From contig JAKUUI010000003.1 in the NCBI GenBank assembly GCA_022448485.1, forward strand, positions 3,156 to 67,155: a stretch of 64,000 nt of DNA, written 5' to 3'. The notes beneath the pieces were generated by a model. That model worked only from the letters and a program-made list of their open reading frames with translations. It made no database searches and was not told the origin of the DNA. Position numbers and translations under genes: made by a program. Positions within the stretch are counted from its first letter, which is position 1; each line of letters opens with the position of its first letter. Origin of the DNA: SAR324 cluster bacterium. GTDB taxonomy: Bacteria > SAR324 > NAC60-12. This document shows positions 63,554 through 64,000 of this stretch, piece by piece.

Positions 63554-64000
63554 GCCTTTGGGGATTTTCGGTATTGGTAGGTTTGCTTGCCGTACAGCGA
63601 TTGTGGGAATTGAACCTGAGCCAACGTAACGAAATCCTGATGCGAAAACAAGGCGGATTTGAGTGCTTCCCTGATCATTATCGTGTAATGGTGGTGCTAC
63701 ACATTTCCTGGTTTGCGGCAATGCTGGCCGAAGCCTGGTACTTTAAAACATCACCGACTCTGTGGTTAGTGATAGTTGGTATTTCAGGGTTAGTATTCGG
63801 ACAAGCCTTACGCTATTTAGCTATCAGAACACTTGCTGGGCGTTGGTCAACTCGAATATACGTTGTTGCGGATGTGCCGTTGATTAAACACGGTATTTAC
63901 CGTTTCATGCGCCATCCGAATTATTGGGGTGTGATTTTAGAAATAGCTTGTGTGCCCTTAATTCACGCAGCCTATGGTACAGCTCTAGTTTGGTCACTGG
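63547..64000 (+). CDS. ICMT-family (isoprenylcysteine carboxyl methyltransferase-like) membrane methyltransferase, partial at the window end
   Basis: My translation from ATG 63547 reads MVSLWGFSVLVGLLAVQRLWELNLSQRNE...IKHGIYRFMRHPNYWGVILEIACVPL. The RHPNY motif is typical of ICMT/PEMT-like enzymes. It overlaps the PKS stop by 7 nt and is open to nt 64000. Confidence 0.75.
   Translation, partial: MVSLWGFSVLVGLLAVQRLWELNLSQRNEILMRKQGGFECFPDHYRVMVVLHISWFAAMLAEAWYFKTSPTLWLVIVGISGLVFGQALRYLAIRTLAGRWSTRIYVVADVPLIKHGIYRFMRHPNYWGVILEIACVPLIHAAYGTALVWSL

Overview
This window is a 64-kb, AT-leaning chromosomal segment from a flagellated bacterium of Gram-negative type (its YidC has a large periplasmic domain). 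I recognised no rRNA, tRNA, CRISPR array, transposase or integrase. The left third is housekeeping: a partial GT4 glycosyltransferase, a HAD hydrolase, ribH, a DUF971 gene, tmk, gltB-gltD, and the rpmH-rnpA-yidD-yidC cluster on the minus strand. rpmH was missing from the ORF track and I found it by hand. The centre is a flagellar filament locus with three flagellin paralogues of 589, 320 and 488 aa. The first has a textbook sigma-28 promoter. The locus also has a 1082-aa FliD containing three internal tandem repeats, plus FliS. Directly downstream of fliS (about 21.5-26.6 kb) lies the most unusual part of the window, an accessory segment built from two interleaved repeat families, which I call R1 and R2. 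They bracket non-homologous cargo: an AlkA-like glycosylase and a GNAT gene. Two adjacent genes there are interrupted only by TAG codons (five in total). The segment also holds a start-less gene remnant and a 3 x 56-bp tandem array next to an AT tract. The right half carries mnmE, a possible FlgN-like gene, a 1098-aa FG-GAP protein, pepA, mgtE, holB, a RecD2-like helicase, a solute-binding protein, tsaC, an icmF / Ldh2-family / gcdH acyl-CoA block, an ABC exporter and an SLT-domain protein. After a 1.2-kb very AT-rich gap comes a co-directional cluster that runs off the window: FAD oxidoreductase, ketosynthase, ACP, type III PKS and an ICMT-family methyltransferase, probably for a phenolic lipid. 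All functional calls come from reading the supplied translations and my own hand translations. No database search was run.
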